DNA of 64,000 bases from positions 95,958 to 159,957 of the forward strand of contig JAJZPF010000002.1 of NCBI GenBank assembly GCA_021811315.1, in the 5' to 3' direction. The position numbers were made by a program, and so were the translations under genes. Below, one piece after another: positions 1-9,359 of this stretch (position 1 is its first letter; each line of letters begins with the position of its first letter). Under the pieces are notes generated by a model. The model searched no databases, was not told the origin of the DNA, and saw only the letters and a list, made by a program, of their open reading frames with translations. This DNA comes from a bacterium (GTDB taxonomy: Bacteria; Elusimicrobiota; Elusimicrobia; Elusimicrobiales; UBA9959).

Positions 1-411
1 TGCGAGGGGCGACGCGGCGCAGGATGCTCCGGTAAAGGCCATCGACATGTTTCAATCCCCGCCCCTGTGCGAGGGGCGACTTTGGCGCGCACTCATTAAG
101 AGACAACACAACCGGTTTCAATCCCCGCCCCTGTGCGAGGGGCGACCGACCTGTGACCGTTACCTGCCGCCCCGTCCCTGTGGTTTCAATCCCCGCCCCT
201 GTGCGAGGGGCGACCAGCCACGTCGTAGCGTGGGAGTCCAGCTACGTCGTTTCAATCCCCGCCCCTGTGCGAGGGGCGACGTTCGACCGGCACCGGGCGT
301 ATAGATCGAGGATGTTTCAATCCCCGCCCCTGTGCGAGGGGCGACGAGTTGGCTATGTAGACCGTGTTCACGTCTACCGGTTTCAATCCCCGCCCCTGTG
401 CGAGGGGCGAC
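1..411 (-). CRISPR. CRISPR array with type I-C-like 32-bp repeat; 6 complete repeats plus one partial repeat cut by the window edge
   Basis: Identical repeat GTTTCAATCCCCGCCCCTGTGCGAGGGGCGAC (plus strand) at 49-80, 115-146, 183-214, 249-280, 314-345, 380-411; partial copy at 1-13. Unique spacers of 33-36 bp at 14-48, 81-114, 147-182, 215-248, 281-313, 346-379. Read on the minus strand the repeat is GTCGCCCCTCGCACAGGGGCGGGGATTGAAAC, with the GTCGC...ATTGAAAC ends typical of I-C repeats and the same direction as the cas operon. Confidence 0.97.
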
Positions 412-577
412 TGTACTACTTAATTAACTTTACAACATAAGCCGTTTTTTTGCCAGTTTCGCGAACCCTGTTAAATTGTCAAAGAACTTTTACCGCATAC
501 AACCTCCCTATCCAATAATATAGATACATTAGGGGCGAACCCTTTAGGTCAACTATCCTCGCTATAGGTTCGCAACC
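412..577 (-). promoter_or_regulatory. CRISPR leader (AT-rich spacer between cas2 stop and first repeat)
   Basis: 166-bp AT-rich non-coding stretch between cas2 (stop at 578) and the cas-proximal repeat (380-411). Contains GCGAACCCT at 461-469 and 535-543 and the inverted copy AGGTTCGC at 566-573. Confidence 0.7.
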
Positions 578-871
578 TCAGATTATCAAGGGCCCATCAA
601 GATCCAATGATTTTTTCGCGCCCACATGCTCAATGCGCCGCTCCCAATTAGAGCCCAGGTAATAAAACCTGAGGCTGTCTTTTTCCTGGTCGATCTCCTT
701 TATAAGCTGGTCTTTTAGATTTACCCAGACAGCCGGATCGACTTCACACTCAAAAACAGAATATTGCACCCGCTGACCATAGTTTTTACAGGCTTTCGCG
801 ACACGCCTTAACCGCCGCGCGCCGGAGGTGGTACCAACACTTGCCACATCGTAACTGACCAGAACCATCAT
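578..871 (-). CDS. cas2: CRISPR-associated endoribonuclease Cas2
   Basis: 97-aa product from ATG at 871 (MMVLVSYDV...YSVFECEV...SLRFYYLG). The 178-aa track ORF is an upstream in-frame extension that overlaps cas1. Sits between cas1 and the leader/array. Confidence 0.9.
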   Translation of the reverse strand: MMVLVSYDVASVGTTSGARRLRRVAKACKNYGQRVQYSVFECEVDPAVWVNLKDQLIKEIDQEKDSLRFYYLGSNWERRIEHVGAKKSLDLDGPLII

Positions 872-878
872 AGACGCC

Positions 879-1910
879 TCACTTCCATAAAAACGCCGGA
901 TACCCGTCCATATCTCCCCGCAAATGTCGGGCAAGAAGAAGCGCTTGTATATAAAACAGGAGCCCGGTTTTAACTGTCTCCTGCAAATACGGATGAGTAA
1001 TCTCCTCTTGTTTGCGTTTCTGATAAGCCGTGAGTACGGTCTTGCGCCCCTCATCAGATAAAAGAACGGCTCCGGTTTCCGCTTTTTTAAAATCCCTTCC
1101 CGACAACTGCTCACGATTTATCAGTGAAAGCACAAGCCTGTCCGCTATGACGGGTCGCCACTCCTCCATCATATCAAGCGCCAAGCTCGGCCGCCCCGGC
1201 CGGTCCCGGTGCAACATGCCGACACAGGAATCCAGGCCGACGGAATCCAACGCAGAGCGTACATCGTACATTAGCAGGGTATAAATGAAAGAAAGGAGGC
1301 AGTTAACATTATCCAGCGGCGGGCGGCGGTTCCTGTCGCCGAACTTGAAATCATCCTTCTGCCCCAGGATCAGGTTATCGAAAACGCTGAAATAGGTGGC
1401 AGCGGCATCGCCTTCGATACCACGCAATTCATCCAAATCGCCAGCGGCCTGAGATTTTTTAATAGAAGAGGCGAGGTAATCCACTGCTGAATTAACCACC
1501 CCTGACGCCATTTTATCTGAATGGTCCCGTAAAGCCCGACATAGGACGCTGCGGCAATTGTAGATCTTCGCCGAAGTAAATGTACGGGCGATGGCGAGGC
1601 ACTCTTCGTCCTTATCAGCGATCCTGTATTGCTGACGCCGAAGCAGCACATTTCCATTTATGCGTCCGTGGACGCTCGCCAGATAGCGCCCGTATTCCGT
1701 CATGAAACTTATGGCGATATTATTTGCCGCGCAATAGCCCATTAAGAACGGACTGCATCCGACATTGCCGAAACAGATAATACCGCCAAGCGCGCAGGAC
1801 GGTACCTGCAACAACTTTTCTTTTTCAGCTGTCACAACAATGGTTTCCCCTTCCTTGGAAAGATAGGCCCCCTGGGTCGTAACGAACAACGTGTTTAGAT
1901 ATTTTTTCAC
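879..1910 (-). CDS. cas1: CRISPR-associated integrase Cas1 (I-C type)
   Basis: 343 aa in the canonical position between cas4 and cas2. Overlaps cas4 by 4 nt (1907-1910). Sequence is recognisably Cas1-like (MKKYLNTLFVTTQGAYLSKEGETIVV...). Confidence 0.92.
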   Translation of the reverse strand: MKKYLNTLFVTTQGAYLSKEGETIVVTAEKEKLLQVPSCALGGIICFGNVGCSPFLMGYCAANNIAISFMTEYGRYLASVHGRINGNVLLRRQQYRIADKDEECLAIARTFTSAKIYNCRSVLCRALRDHSDKMASGVVNSAVDYLASSIKKSQAAGDLDELRGIEGDAAATYFSVFDNLILGQKDDFKFGDRNRRPPLDNVNCLLSFIYTLLMYDVRSALDSVGLDSCVGMLHRDRPGRPSLALDMMEEWRPVIADRLVLSLINREQLSGRDFKKAETGAVLLSDEGRKTVLTAYQKRKQEEITHPYLQETVKTGLLFYIQALLLARHLRGDMDGYPAFLWK

Positions 1911-2536
1911 AGGTCTGAAAGCCCCTTTTCTAAATATCCTATTACTGAAGTGGCGGAAGAAAGTTTTTTAGGCAAACAGATAGGCAGAAACGAGCAACTG
2001 TCACATTTGGGTAGATATACTGGCCTTGGAGTAATCCCGGCTTTAACAAAATCATGTAAAAGCCGGGCCGTCTCCACGGTCTGTAACCTTAAGGGACCAT
2101 CAAAAACTACTTCCTGGCGGCGCCGTATTTTGCCATAGAACAACGCCCCGGCCGGAATAGAAACGCCTAGCATTTCTTCAAGGCTCATCGCCTGGGCGCA
2201 AAGTTGAACGGCATCACAGTTATCCGCTTTAGGCTGCCCGCGCTTATACTCGACCGGGAACGGCAAAGATCTCCCTCCAGCCTCGTGGAATTCCACAACA
2301 TCCGCCTGACCGTTCAAGCCCAGGCTCTCCGAACGCAAAACAAGGCCCCGCTCTATCCGCACCCCGGACAAAGTCTGGCGCCCCTCATCATGCGCTTTCT
2401 CATGCATCACCCTGCCTTCGGCAGTGAACAGGTTTTCAACCCAGGCGCGCTCTATATGGATAAGCGCGCACTGCCGACGGCAGAAGATGTAGTGCTGCAG
2501 CGCAGAAAGAGGTAAAAAGTCCCCTTCAGCGTACAT
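1907..2536 (-). CDS. cas4: CRISPR-associated exonuclease Cas4 (RecB-like, 4Fe-4S)
   Basis: 209 aa. Has an N-terminal Cys (YIFCRRQCAL) plus the C-terminal cluster CDSCSFLPIC, the Cas4 four-Cys signature. Sits between cas7 and cas1. Confidence 0.9.
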   Translation of the reverse strand: MYAEGDFLPLSALQHYIFCRRQCALIHIERAWVENLFTAEGRVMHEKAHDEGRQTLSGVRIERGLVLRSESLGLNGQADVVEFHEAGGRSLPFPVEYKRGQPKADNCDAVQLCAQAMSLEEMLGVSIPAGALFYGKIRRRQEVVFDGPLRLQTVETARLLHDFVKAGITPRPVYLPKCDSCSFLPICLPKKLSSATSVIGYLEKGLSDL

Positions 2537-2539
2537 TTG

Positions 2540-3451
2540 TTAAGCTGCCACTATCAAACTATAAGGATCGAACTTCTCGGGTTCCAAACCGTTAAGATTC
2601 TTTAACTGAATTTTATAATCCTTAATAGTTTTAGGCGTGTCTGTCGATGGGACAACCGTCAATGCTCGATGAACCTCTGCCGAGTTGTGTTTTGCGTTTT
2701 TTCCTTTATGATCCCACCAGACAACGGAAAGGACTTCCATGCTCCCTTCGGGCCGGGCGGAGGAAGCATCATTATCGAATAGATGCTCTAGCGCATTTTT
2801 AATTTTAGGGGCATCTTTGTTATTGAACTTAGTTTTTTCCGCCAGCTGGGGATTTATCGCGCCATAAAAAACATAGATTCCATGGTCAACGCGATGTTTC
2901 ATGCCCATCGTATCCGATGCCCTCTTTTTACCATCCCCCTCTCCGCTAACGCTCTTTGTAATTTGAATGCTGGACACACCCACAGGGAGTACACTAAAAG
3001 CAGGATGGATCGAGACCGGACCGCGAATACCGACAGAAACTGCGTCGCTTCCGGCTTCTGCGGATTCGTCCTCGCTTTTAGATTTTTTATTCTTCCCTCC
3101 TTTCGCTTTATAGGCGAAGAGTTGCCCAAAGGAGCGGACATCAAGCCACTTCGCACACGCTTTTTCCCTGAGTTCACGTTCCTCTAAATCTTTGCCCAAC
3201 TCCCCCTCCTGACGCTCACGAAGACTTTTATAATTGTCTCCCTCTTTCCGATTGTCATCAGATTGAACGAAGATATTCTCACCGGCTTCCATTAGGCGGT
3301 TTCGTATTTTACGCTTGATACAGACATCAGACATTTCACCCATCCCGTCATAGTTTATGCGAGGGCGATTCCCATTCAGCGGGTCCCCGTTCGGGTTTGC
3401 CCCTTTGACAGCAAAGACTACCGCGAAATCAATCTTATTCAACGTTTCCAT
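2540..3451 (-). CDS. cas7: Cascade backbone subunit Cas7 (Csd2, type I-C)
   Basis: 303 aa. N-terminal FAVKGANPNGDPLNGNRPR motif is characteristic of Csd2-family Cas7. Canonical I-C position. Confidence 0.9.
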   Translation of the reverse strand: METLNKIDFAVVFAVKGANPNGDPLNGNRPRINYDGMGEMSDVCIKRKIRNRLMEAGENIFVQSDDNRKEGDNYKSLRERQEGELGKDLEERELREKACAKWLDVRSFGQLFAYKAKGGKNKKSKSEDESAEAGSDAVSVGIRGPVSIHPAFSVLPVGVSSIQITKSVSGEGDGKKRASDTMGMKHRVDHGIYVFYGAINPQLAEKTKFNNKDAPKIKNALEHLFDNDASSARPEGSMEVLSVVWWDHKGKNAKHNSAEVHRALTVVPSTDTPKTIKDYKIQLKNLNGLEPEKFDPYSLIVAA

Positions 3452-3480
3452 TTTTATTCTCCTTTGTTTTTGTCCAACAG

Positions 3481-3870
3481 TTACGCCACTTCCGACAAAA
3501 CTTCATTAGAAACACTCTCGATCTTAAACTTCAAGTCTTCACGCTGGCAATGATACCCAAGCAGGAATTCGCCGGAAAGCTTTTTATCACTAGTAAATTC
3601 CTCCGGTGAGAAAGAACTCATTACAAGATCCATAGCCGCCAGCAGCTTCCCCGCTTTTGCTCCAAGCCTTGCTTTATATGGGACAAGGGCAAGTTCTATC
3701 GTCCGCCAGGTACTGAATGGGTGTTCTGCAAAGCGCTGCATTAATCTGGCTGCATTTGTGGACCTGTTTTCCCCCGCCGCTTTTAACGCCCATTGCTCAA
3801 GATTGTCAGCTAGTGCCAGCAACCTGCCATACAAGTAATCCCGTGTTTTACGATTTGAATCTAGCGCCAT
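3481..3870 (-). CDS. cas11: Probable internally translated small subunit Cas11c (in-frame C-terminal 129 aa of cas8c)
   Basis: In-frame ATG at 3870 (MALDSNRKTRDYLYG...). It is preceded on the minus strand by AAGGAGGG (3885-3878) with a 7-nt spacer, a strong Shine-Dalgarno site inside the cas8c reading frame. Internal translation of Cas11 from cas8c is established for type I-C systems. Confidence 0.6.
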   Translation of the reverse strand: MALDSNRKTRDYLYGRLLALADNLEQWALKAAGENRSTNAARLMQRFAEHPFSTWRTIELALVPYKARLGAKAGKLLAAMDLVMSSFSPEEFTSDKKLSGEFLLGYHCQREDLKFKIESVSNEVLSEVA

Positions 3871-5352
3871 TTCATATCCCTCCTTAGGATTAGACTGTCG
3901 AAACAAAGCGCAGGCGATGCTTAAAGCCTTGCGCCACTCCCAACCCTCAAGACCACTCCGATTAACGGCTCTCCTAACAACTGAATCAACAATATCACGC
4001 GGGATTGAGCGCCCGTCAATGATGCAGGGCAAAAGACGCTCCACCACGGTATTTTTTAATTTCTCATCGGCTTTTACTCCGTATGCAGCCTCGGCGACGT
4101 CCTTTGGCGCAGGAGCGCCGACAAAACGCACATTATGTTCACCGTTCTCCTTGCTATAACCATAATCATGGATCCATGAGCAAGACGAATGCCAGGAATC
4201 GACACGGCTGAGGAAAGCCGAACCTGTCAATTCCCTGTAAAATGTTATGGACAGGCGGCCGGGTGTGGCAGAATTCAACCCCATCACCACAATACTTTCA
4301 GTATTACCAAGACTTGCCTTATATCCGCGGATTTTACTTTTCAGTTTTTCAGCCAAATCCTGTGCGGTATAATTTGAGGCCGTTTCAGAAATCACCGCTG
4401 AATCCCCCATTATCCCAAGTGGATCGGCTAACGGGTCGGGGATTTCTGCGCCCGAAGACGCCCAGGCCACAACAGCCTGATCCCCTTTTCTATATCCTTG
4501 CCTACTAATAAGCCAGCGAAGCGAAAAATGCGCTTTTTGAGTGACATCAAACCCTACGCCACAAGCCTGCTCGGCTGTTACAAATCGCCCACGGAATGTA
4601 AAATTTGAATTATCATTAGAGGAAATTATTCTAGCCTTATCTCCATCGTTGCGGAGTTTTGCAGAATGATGTTCAGCCGCAAAAACCTTTTGCCCTGTGA
4701 CCCCGCATAAAAGTTTCTTTTCTTTTGTACTTAGGTAATATTTAATCCATTCCGCCCATAAGGTTTTGTCCTCCCAGGTTTTAGAACCAAGCTCGCCCGA
4801 GGATTCGACTTCCCAGCGGACAAAAGCATCTGTTTGTATACCCTCGATGACAGACACTCCCACTTTTTTAGGGACTTTACTCAAAAGCTTCCCGCCCTTA
4901 TCCACTGCGAAGACTTTCTCTTTTACTAAGTCTTTAATGACACTTCCTTTTTCGACATACTTTAAGATTGCCTCAGCCTTTGGGTGCGAAAAAGGAGAGT
5001 CACACCATTTCCGCAATCCCTCAATGTACGAAGCAAAACAGGATTTTTTATCGCCTCCGAATTCCTTATAATCTTTGGCCAGATACTGAAGCTTATCAGC
5101 CAATGGATGCGGAGCTTCACTTCGTGCTCTGCCACTGGAGTCCTCGGTGCAGGGTATTATGGTTCGCGCTTCATTGTTTGGAACAACAGTCGCCCTCTTA
5201 AAATTCCCCTCCCGGTCAATAGTGATTGTTATCTGCGCTTTCTGGGTGCTATGGCAAATAGGGAGAAGCGGGACTTTGTTCTCATCTTCAACAACGCCAA
5301 TCATTGCGTGGCAATTTTCATATGTCTCATGAAGTTTTTGCATCCAGCTCAT
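3481..5352 (-). CDS. cas8c: Cascade large subunit Cas8c (Csd1, type I-C)
   Basis: 623-aa ORF between cas5 and cas7, the canonical I-C order. Start overlaps the cas5 stop (5349-5352). Confidence 0.88.
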   Translation of the reverse strand: MSWMQKLHETYENCHAMIGVVEDENKVPLLPICHSTQKAQITITIDREGNFKRATVVPNNEARTIIPCTEDSSGRARSEAPHPLADKLQYLAKDYKEFGGDKKSCFASYIEGLRKWCDSPFSHPKAEAILKYVEKGSVIKDLVKEKVFAVDKGGKLLSKVPKKVGVSVIEGIQTDAFVRWEVESSGELGSKTWEDKTLWAEWIKYYLSTKEKKLLCGVTGQKVFAAEHHSAKLRNDGDKARIISSNDNSNFTFRGRFVTAEQACGVGFDVTQKAHFSLRWLISRQGYRKGDQAVVAWASSGAEIPDPLADPLGIMGDSAVISETASNYTAQDLAEKLKSKIRGYKASLGNTESIVVMGLNSATPGRLSITFYRELTGSAFLSRVDSWHSSCSWIHDYGYSKENGEHNVRFVGAPAPKDVAEAAYGVKADEKLKNTVVERLLPCIIDGRSIPRDIVDSVVRRAVNRSGLEGWEWRKALSIACALFRQSNPKEGYEMALDSNRKTRDYLYGRLLALADNLEQWALKAAGENRSTNAARLMQRFAEHPFSTWRTIELALVPYKARLGAKAGKLLAAMDLVMSSFSPEEFTSDKKLSGEFLLGYHCQREDLKFKIESVSNEVLSEVA

Positions 5353-6047
5353 AATTCAAGCCCCTCCTCTTTTAAACCTATTGATACGGGAGAATTCGCT
5401 TTCATTGGGCGGATGTCCTTTCGAATTTCGCATTTTTCCGGCCGTAAAAATTCTATTATCCCATTGACCATTGTCGGCCGCCAAAACCGCGCAACTAATT
5501 TGTTTTCACCTGACTCATCCGGATAATCAAAACCATGGAACATTAGCCCATAACCAATTTCATCGGATTTATCATAAAAACCCTGACCAGAACCGAATTG
5601 ACATGGTTCGACATATCCCTGGCATTCTCTTGCGCCAAGGAAAACATCTCGCCGACCGCCAGTCGTTATCATGCGGTTGGCAATGCTAAAATGCTTGCCT
5701 TCGTTTCGATCCTTTTCCATATCTGCCCGTCTAAAATTCCACTCGAAATGAGCCTGTACCTGATACTCAACATCGGCTAAATAGGTGTAAATTGACAGAT
5801 CATTCCCGCCATTGAACTTCAGGGGTTTTACGCCTTTTGTCTGGGTTTTGACAGGGTTCATCACACGGATTTTATCGATAAACCAGGTGAACGTCGGTTT
5901 CCAATAGACAGAACTTATAACCCCTTTAATCGCCTCGTATGTCGGGACATGATATGAACATTTCTCTCCCCCGATTCTTGTAAGTGGATCGGTGAAAAGA
6001 GCGAACCGCCCATGAATTTTAAAAGTAACTCTGTTTCCATTTTGCAT
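5349..6047 (-). CDS. cas5: Cas5d (type I-C pre-crRNA processing/Cascade subunit)
   Basis: 232 aa with a Cas5-like N-terminus (FKIHGRFALFTDPLTRIGGEKCSYHVPTYEAIKGV). Located between cas3 and cas8c. Confidence 0.9.
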   Translation of the reverse strand: MQNGNRVTFKIHGRFALFTDPLTRIGGEKCSYHVPTYEAIKGVISSVYWKPTFTWFIDKIRVMNPVKTQTKGVKPLKFNGGNDLSIYTYLADVEYQVQAHFEWNFRRADMEKDRNEGKHFSIANRMITTGGRRDVFLGARECQGYVEPCQFGSGQGFYDKSDEIGYGLMFHGFDYPDESGENKLVARFWRPTMVNGIIEFLRPEKCEIRKDIRPMKANSPVSIGLKEEGLEL

Positions 6048-6062
6048 TTCGCATCTCCTCTG

Positions 6063-8489
6063 TTATGCAATAAGAACCTGAACATCCCCTGGGGTAAGAC
6101 TCAAACCTAACTCAGGATGGTAGTATCCGTCCCGTAACACCAGAACATCGCTTCCTTCTTGAGCCGGATAAATAGCGTTCGCATTCTGCAATTTTTTAAG
6201 GGTATGCGGGTACACATTGACTGAATAGCGTTGTGCGTTCCGTAAAAGATCACTAGTTATTTCTTGTACAGAACAAAGAGTATTTATCAACGCACTCCCC
6301 TCGCAGTCATACGGGACCACAATGCCGCGTGTTGGGGCGCTGATAACACGAAACGCTTTTGCGGCCGTCATAAATGATTGTCTTAATGACAGTGGAGGCG
6401 CCTGCTTCTCTTTTCGTTTATATTCCTCTACTGATAGCAGGTTGGTTGAGAGCAATGACAATAGATTGTCGGACCTGCCAACTTCTGTATTACTTTGAAT
6501 CCGGTAGACCATCTCTCCGGCTCTTTGATAAAAATAGTATTCAAAATATCGCGCCAGGGCTTTTGGGCCAAGAATGTCGTTGTCGAAATCACAGGGATTC
6601 TCGTGAAATTCATCAAGCACGCGCTGTGCTTTTTCTTTCCCGATCCTGATATCCCGCAGCATATCCAAGTTTTCTATAGTGGGATTAACAATATGAACTC
6701 GCCCGAGCGCTTCCCTGCTTCCATTTCTATTACAACGGCCAGCAGCTTGGGCAATTGAATCAAGCCCGGCCAAATATCGTATTACAGAAGCGAAATCGAT
6801 ATCGACACCGGCCTCGATCAATTGCGTACTGACGCAGACAATCGGCTCATTTGCAGTACGCGTTTGTTTTTGCAATAAACGAGTCTTTATTTGAGCCAGA
6901 AGTTTCAGCCTATGCGCCGGGCACATGTTTGCGCTTAGGTGATAAACTCGTCCGTCAATTTTCTGCTTACATCGACGATAAATTTCATACGCGGCGGCTT
7001 TCGTATTCACAACGACCAAAACACTTCCAGCCTGTTGGGCTTCTTTATCGATCAGTTCCAGCACATCATCTTCCGACCAACCCCCTGGCTTGCGTTCATC
7101 AAGAGCCTCGACACGTTTAAGTTCCTTGAACAACTTTGTGACGTCTCCAACCATATTATTCTCAGGCCGTATTTTCAAGACCCCGAGCTTTGGATCAACT
7201 TTATCCAACAGCGGTTGCGTAGCCGTAGAAAGGACCACGGTAGCTCCGCAGTTGCTGATAAGGAAGTTTAGCGCGTTATTAAATGGATGAACACAGTTAA
7301 CCGGAATAGTTTGAACTTCATCAAAGATAATAAGCGCATTCGCCAGACGATGCATCCTTCTAGCCGTTTTCGTCCCTGAGCCGAAAACTGTTTCCAAGAA
7401 TTGGACATTAGTCGTAAATATCACGTTTGCATCCCAATTTTCCGAAAGCAGACGTTGGCGTTCATTTTGTTCCTCTGGCGCCAGGTTGGAATGATGTTCC
7501 AGGATAAGGTCTCCACATCCGGCAGCCTCCGACAGTGCTTTGCGGATACAGTCGGCATTTTGGTCAATAATGGAGGTGAATGGCAAAACGTATATAATCC
7601 GCTCCAGCTTTTGCTTCTTGGCATGGTGCAGAGCGAAGCGAAAGGACGCCAAGGTTTTACCCCCGCCGGTAGGCACCGTAAGCAAATAGAGACCTCGCTC
7701 ATTTTTTGCGGCGCTCTTGCATTCAGCTGACACTTGTTTTCTAACATTCCCGACTTTGGTGTTGACCCCGACTTCTAATCTTTCCACATAACTTTCGAAC
7801 ACATTTATCAGCAAATCCCACGTCGCCGTATTTTCAAGTCGTCTAATACCTGCGGTATCAATCCTGTCGGCATCAATAAGGCAGCTAAAGACAATGCGGG
7901 CAAGCAACCCCCATTTAAAATATGTGACCTCTGGCGTGTCACCAGCAGAATGAAGTTCTTTCAGTTTTTTGGCCAGGAGTCCGCCTCCTTGTGTGGCTAG
8001 TGCACGCTTTATCTCTGTGGAGATATCAGGCACAATATTTGAAGTGGCCTGGTGGAAATGGGTATCTTTGTCACTTTTGCGTAGCCTGTTAGTAAACGTA
8101 TTGGTTCCATCCGGAGAAAGACAATCTATTAAGCCGGAATGATGAGAGGCAACGCAAAGCGCCAAAAACTGGGCGACATACAATGATTCAGTATTATTCG
8201 CAGCAAATTGTTGATACAAAAACTGCGCCCCCGCAGTTGAGTGATCAACATCCCCTCTTCTGAAATTAGAGCTATTGACGAGATATTCTTGAAATTTGTC
8301 GCTATACTTACCAAGATCATGAAGTAAGCCAATCAGTTCGCCAGTCGCCGAAAGACCAAAACTCCCCGCAAATCCGGCGGCCAGCTTGGCTACATTTTTC
8401 AAATGCTCGTCCAGCGGCTGCCATTCGCTTTGGGGCGCGGGGGTGCCGTCCGGGTTTGCCTTGGTGTGCGCGTAATACTTTCTTCCCAT
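6063..8489 (-). CDS. cas3: Cas3 HD nuclease/SF2 helicase
   Basis: 808 aa. N-terminal HD domain motifs (LLHDLGKY, ASHHSGL, LIDADRID). Helicase Walker A (TVPTGGGKT) and DExx box (IIFDEVQTIP). First cas gene of the I-C operon. Confidence 0.93.
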   Translation of the reverse strand: MGRKYYAHTKANPDGTPAPQSEWQPLDEHLKNVAKLAAGFAGSFGLSATGELIGLLHDLGKYSDKFQEYLVNSSNFRRGDVDHSTAGAQFLYQQFAANNTESLYVAQFLALCVASHHSGLIDCLSPDGTNTFTNRLRKSDKDTHFHQATSNIVPDISTEIKRALATQGGGLLAKKLKELHSAGDTPEVTYFKWGLLARIVFSCLIDADRIDTAGIRRLENTATWDLLINVFESYVERLEVGVNTKVGNVRKQVSAECKSAAKNERGLYLLTVPTGGGKTLASFRFALHHAKKQKLERIIYVLPFTSIIDQNADCIRKALSEAAGCGDLILEHHSNLAPEEQNERQRLLSENWDANVIFTTNVQFLETVFGSGTKTARRMHRLANALIIFDEVQTIPVNCVHPFNNALNFLISNCGATVVLSTATQPLLDKVDPKLGVLKIRPENNMVGDVTKLFKELKRVEALDERKPGGWSEDDVLELIDKEAQQAGSVLVVVNTKAAAYEIYRRCKQKIDGRVYHLSANMCPAHRLKLLAQIKTRLLQKQTRTANEPIVCVSTQLIEAGVDIDFASVIRYLAGLDSIAQAAGRCNRNGSREALGRVHIVNPTIENLDMLRDIRIGKEKAQRVLDEFHENPCDFDNDILGPKALARYFEYYFYQRAGEMVYRIQSNTEVGRSDNLLSLLSTNLLSVEEYKRKEKQAPPLSLRQSFMTAAKAFRVISAPTRGIVVPYDCEGSALINTLCSVQEITSDLLRNAQRYSVNVYPHTLKKLQNANAIYPAQEGSDVLVLRDGYYHPELGLSLTPGDVQVLIA

Positions 8490-8513
8490 TGATTTATAGG
8501 GCTTCGGAGGAAA

Positions 8514-9359
8514 TCATTCCTTCCGTTCCAGTCTTTTCCGGCTTTCGGACTCGGTCAGATAGTTTTCACGGGACACAACCCGCTTTCCGGTTTTTTCCTC
8601 AAGGTCTTTACGCGCCTTCCCGGCCACGCCGCCGCCTTTAACGGCCGCGCGCCGGTTTTCCGGGAAGCCGCGCGCGTCGCCGGTCCGGGCTATTTCCGTT
8701 GTGGACGCCTCGCCGAGCATTGAGAAGATCAACTCCAGATCGGTCATATGGTCGCGCAGATTTTCCCGTTCCAGGCCCTTGATCTTTTTATGGGCGGAGG
8801 GAGTCACGCCGAAGGCGGCCTTTGCTATTTCCGCGGTCAGGATCTCATATTCTTTGGGCTTTTCAACTTCCCGCTTTTTCCATTCATCTGTCAATTCTTC
8901 GCGAATAGCAATGCCGCGCATTCGCTTTTCTATCCAGTTTTCAGAATACCCTTTAAGCTTATAGAGCATCCTGGTTCTTTTGGTCGCCAGCTCAGGATCT
9001 TCAATTTCCTGCACCCGCTCATAGCCCACTTTTGCCAGCCAGCGCTTGAAAGGCTCCGCTTTTGGCGAAGGAATTGATTGAATGAGACGAAATATGCCTT
9101 CGGTATTCCAACAATACATTTTTTGCCAGCCGCCGGAGGTCTCCACTTCAAGGGTAAGGGGTGGTACAAATTGTACCCCCCCTTTAGCTGTAAGTTTCGC
9201 AAGTTCCTCATCTCTCTGTTTTAATCTTTTGAAGTATTGCGCCGGGTCATTGGAATCTGTCAAGGTCTCAATAACATCGTTGATCACAAACCACCACTCA
9301 TTTTTATACAGAGTCCGGCGTATTCCCTTTCCTTTAAAAACCGCAATTTTTCTGTCCAT
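8514..9359 (-). CDS. Bro-N domain protein with DinD-like C-terminal region (phage antirepressor-like)
   Basis: N-terminus KIAVFKGKGIRRTLYKNEWWFVINDVIETLTDS fits the Bro-N pattern. The C-terminal part (KKIKGLERENLRDHMTDLELIFSMLGEASTTEIAR...) resembles E. coli DinD. Start placed at ATG 9359, which has GGAAGG 8 nt upstream. The track start at 9389 has no ribosome-binding site. The stop lies 24 nt upstream of the cas3 ATG. Confidence 0.7.
   Translation of the reverse strand: MDRKIAVFKGKGIRRTLYKNEWWFVINDVIETLTDSNDPAQYFKRLKQRDEELAKLTAKGGVQFVPPLTLEVETSGGWQKMYCWNTEGIFRLIQSIPSPKAEPFKRWLAKVGYERVQEIEDPELATKRTRMLYKLKGYSENWIEKRMRGIAIREELTDEWKKREVEKPKEYEILTAEIAKAAFGVTPSAHKKIKGLERENLRDHMTDLELIFSMLGEASTTEIARTGDARGFPENRRAAVKGGGVAGKARKDLEEKTGKRVVSRENYLTESESRKRLERKE

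Noticed and set aside
47-440. ORFs 47..304 and 153..440 (85 and 95 aa) with repeated peptide FQSPPLCEGR
   Set aside because: They are translations of the CRISPR repeats themselves. The periodic identical peptide is an artefact of the array.
578-1114. 178-aa version of the cas2 ORF. Analogous N-terminally extended track ORFs are purF to 48930, purD to 47596, lipoate ligase-like from 31025, tpx from 62776, dfx from 63243, purC to 53713, response regulator to 38964 and amidase to 16119.
   Set aside because: The extensions overlap upstream genes, the tRNA or the repeat elements. They lack ribosome-binding sites and add non-homologous residues. Internal ATG/GTG starts with good Shine-Dalgarno sites give family-typical N-termini.
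8490-8513. TATAAA 3 nt upstream of the cas3 ATG as a possible leaderless cas3 promoter
   Set aside because: The spacing between the hexamer and the ATG is too short for a normal -10-to-start distance, and no -35 or extended -10 is present. Co-transcription with the upstream Bro-N gene is the simpler reading.
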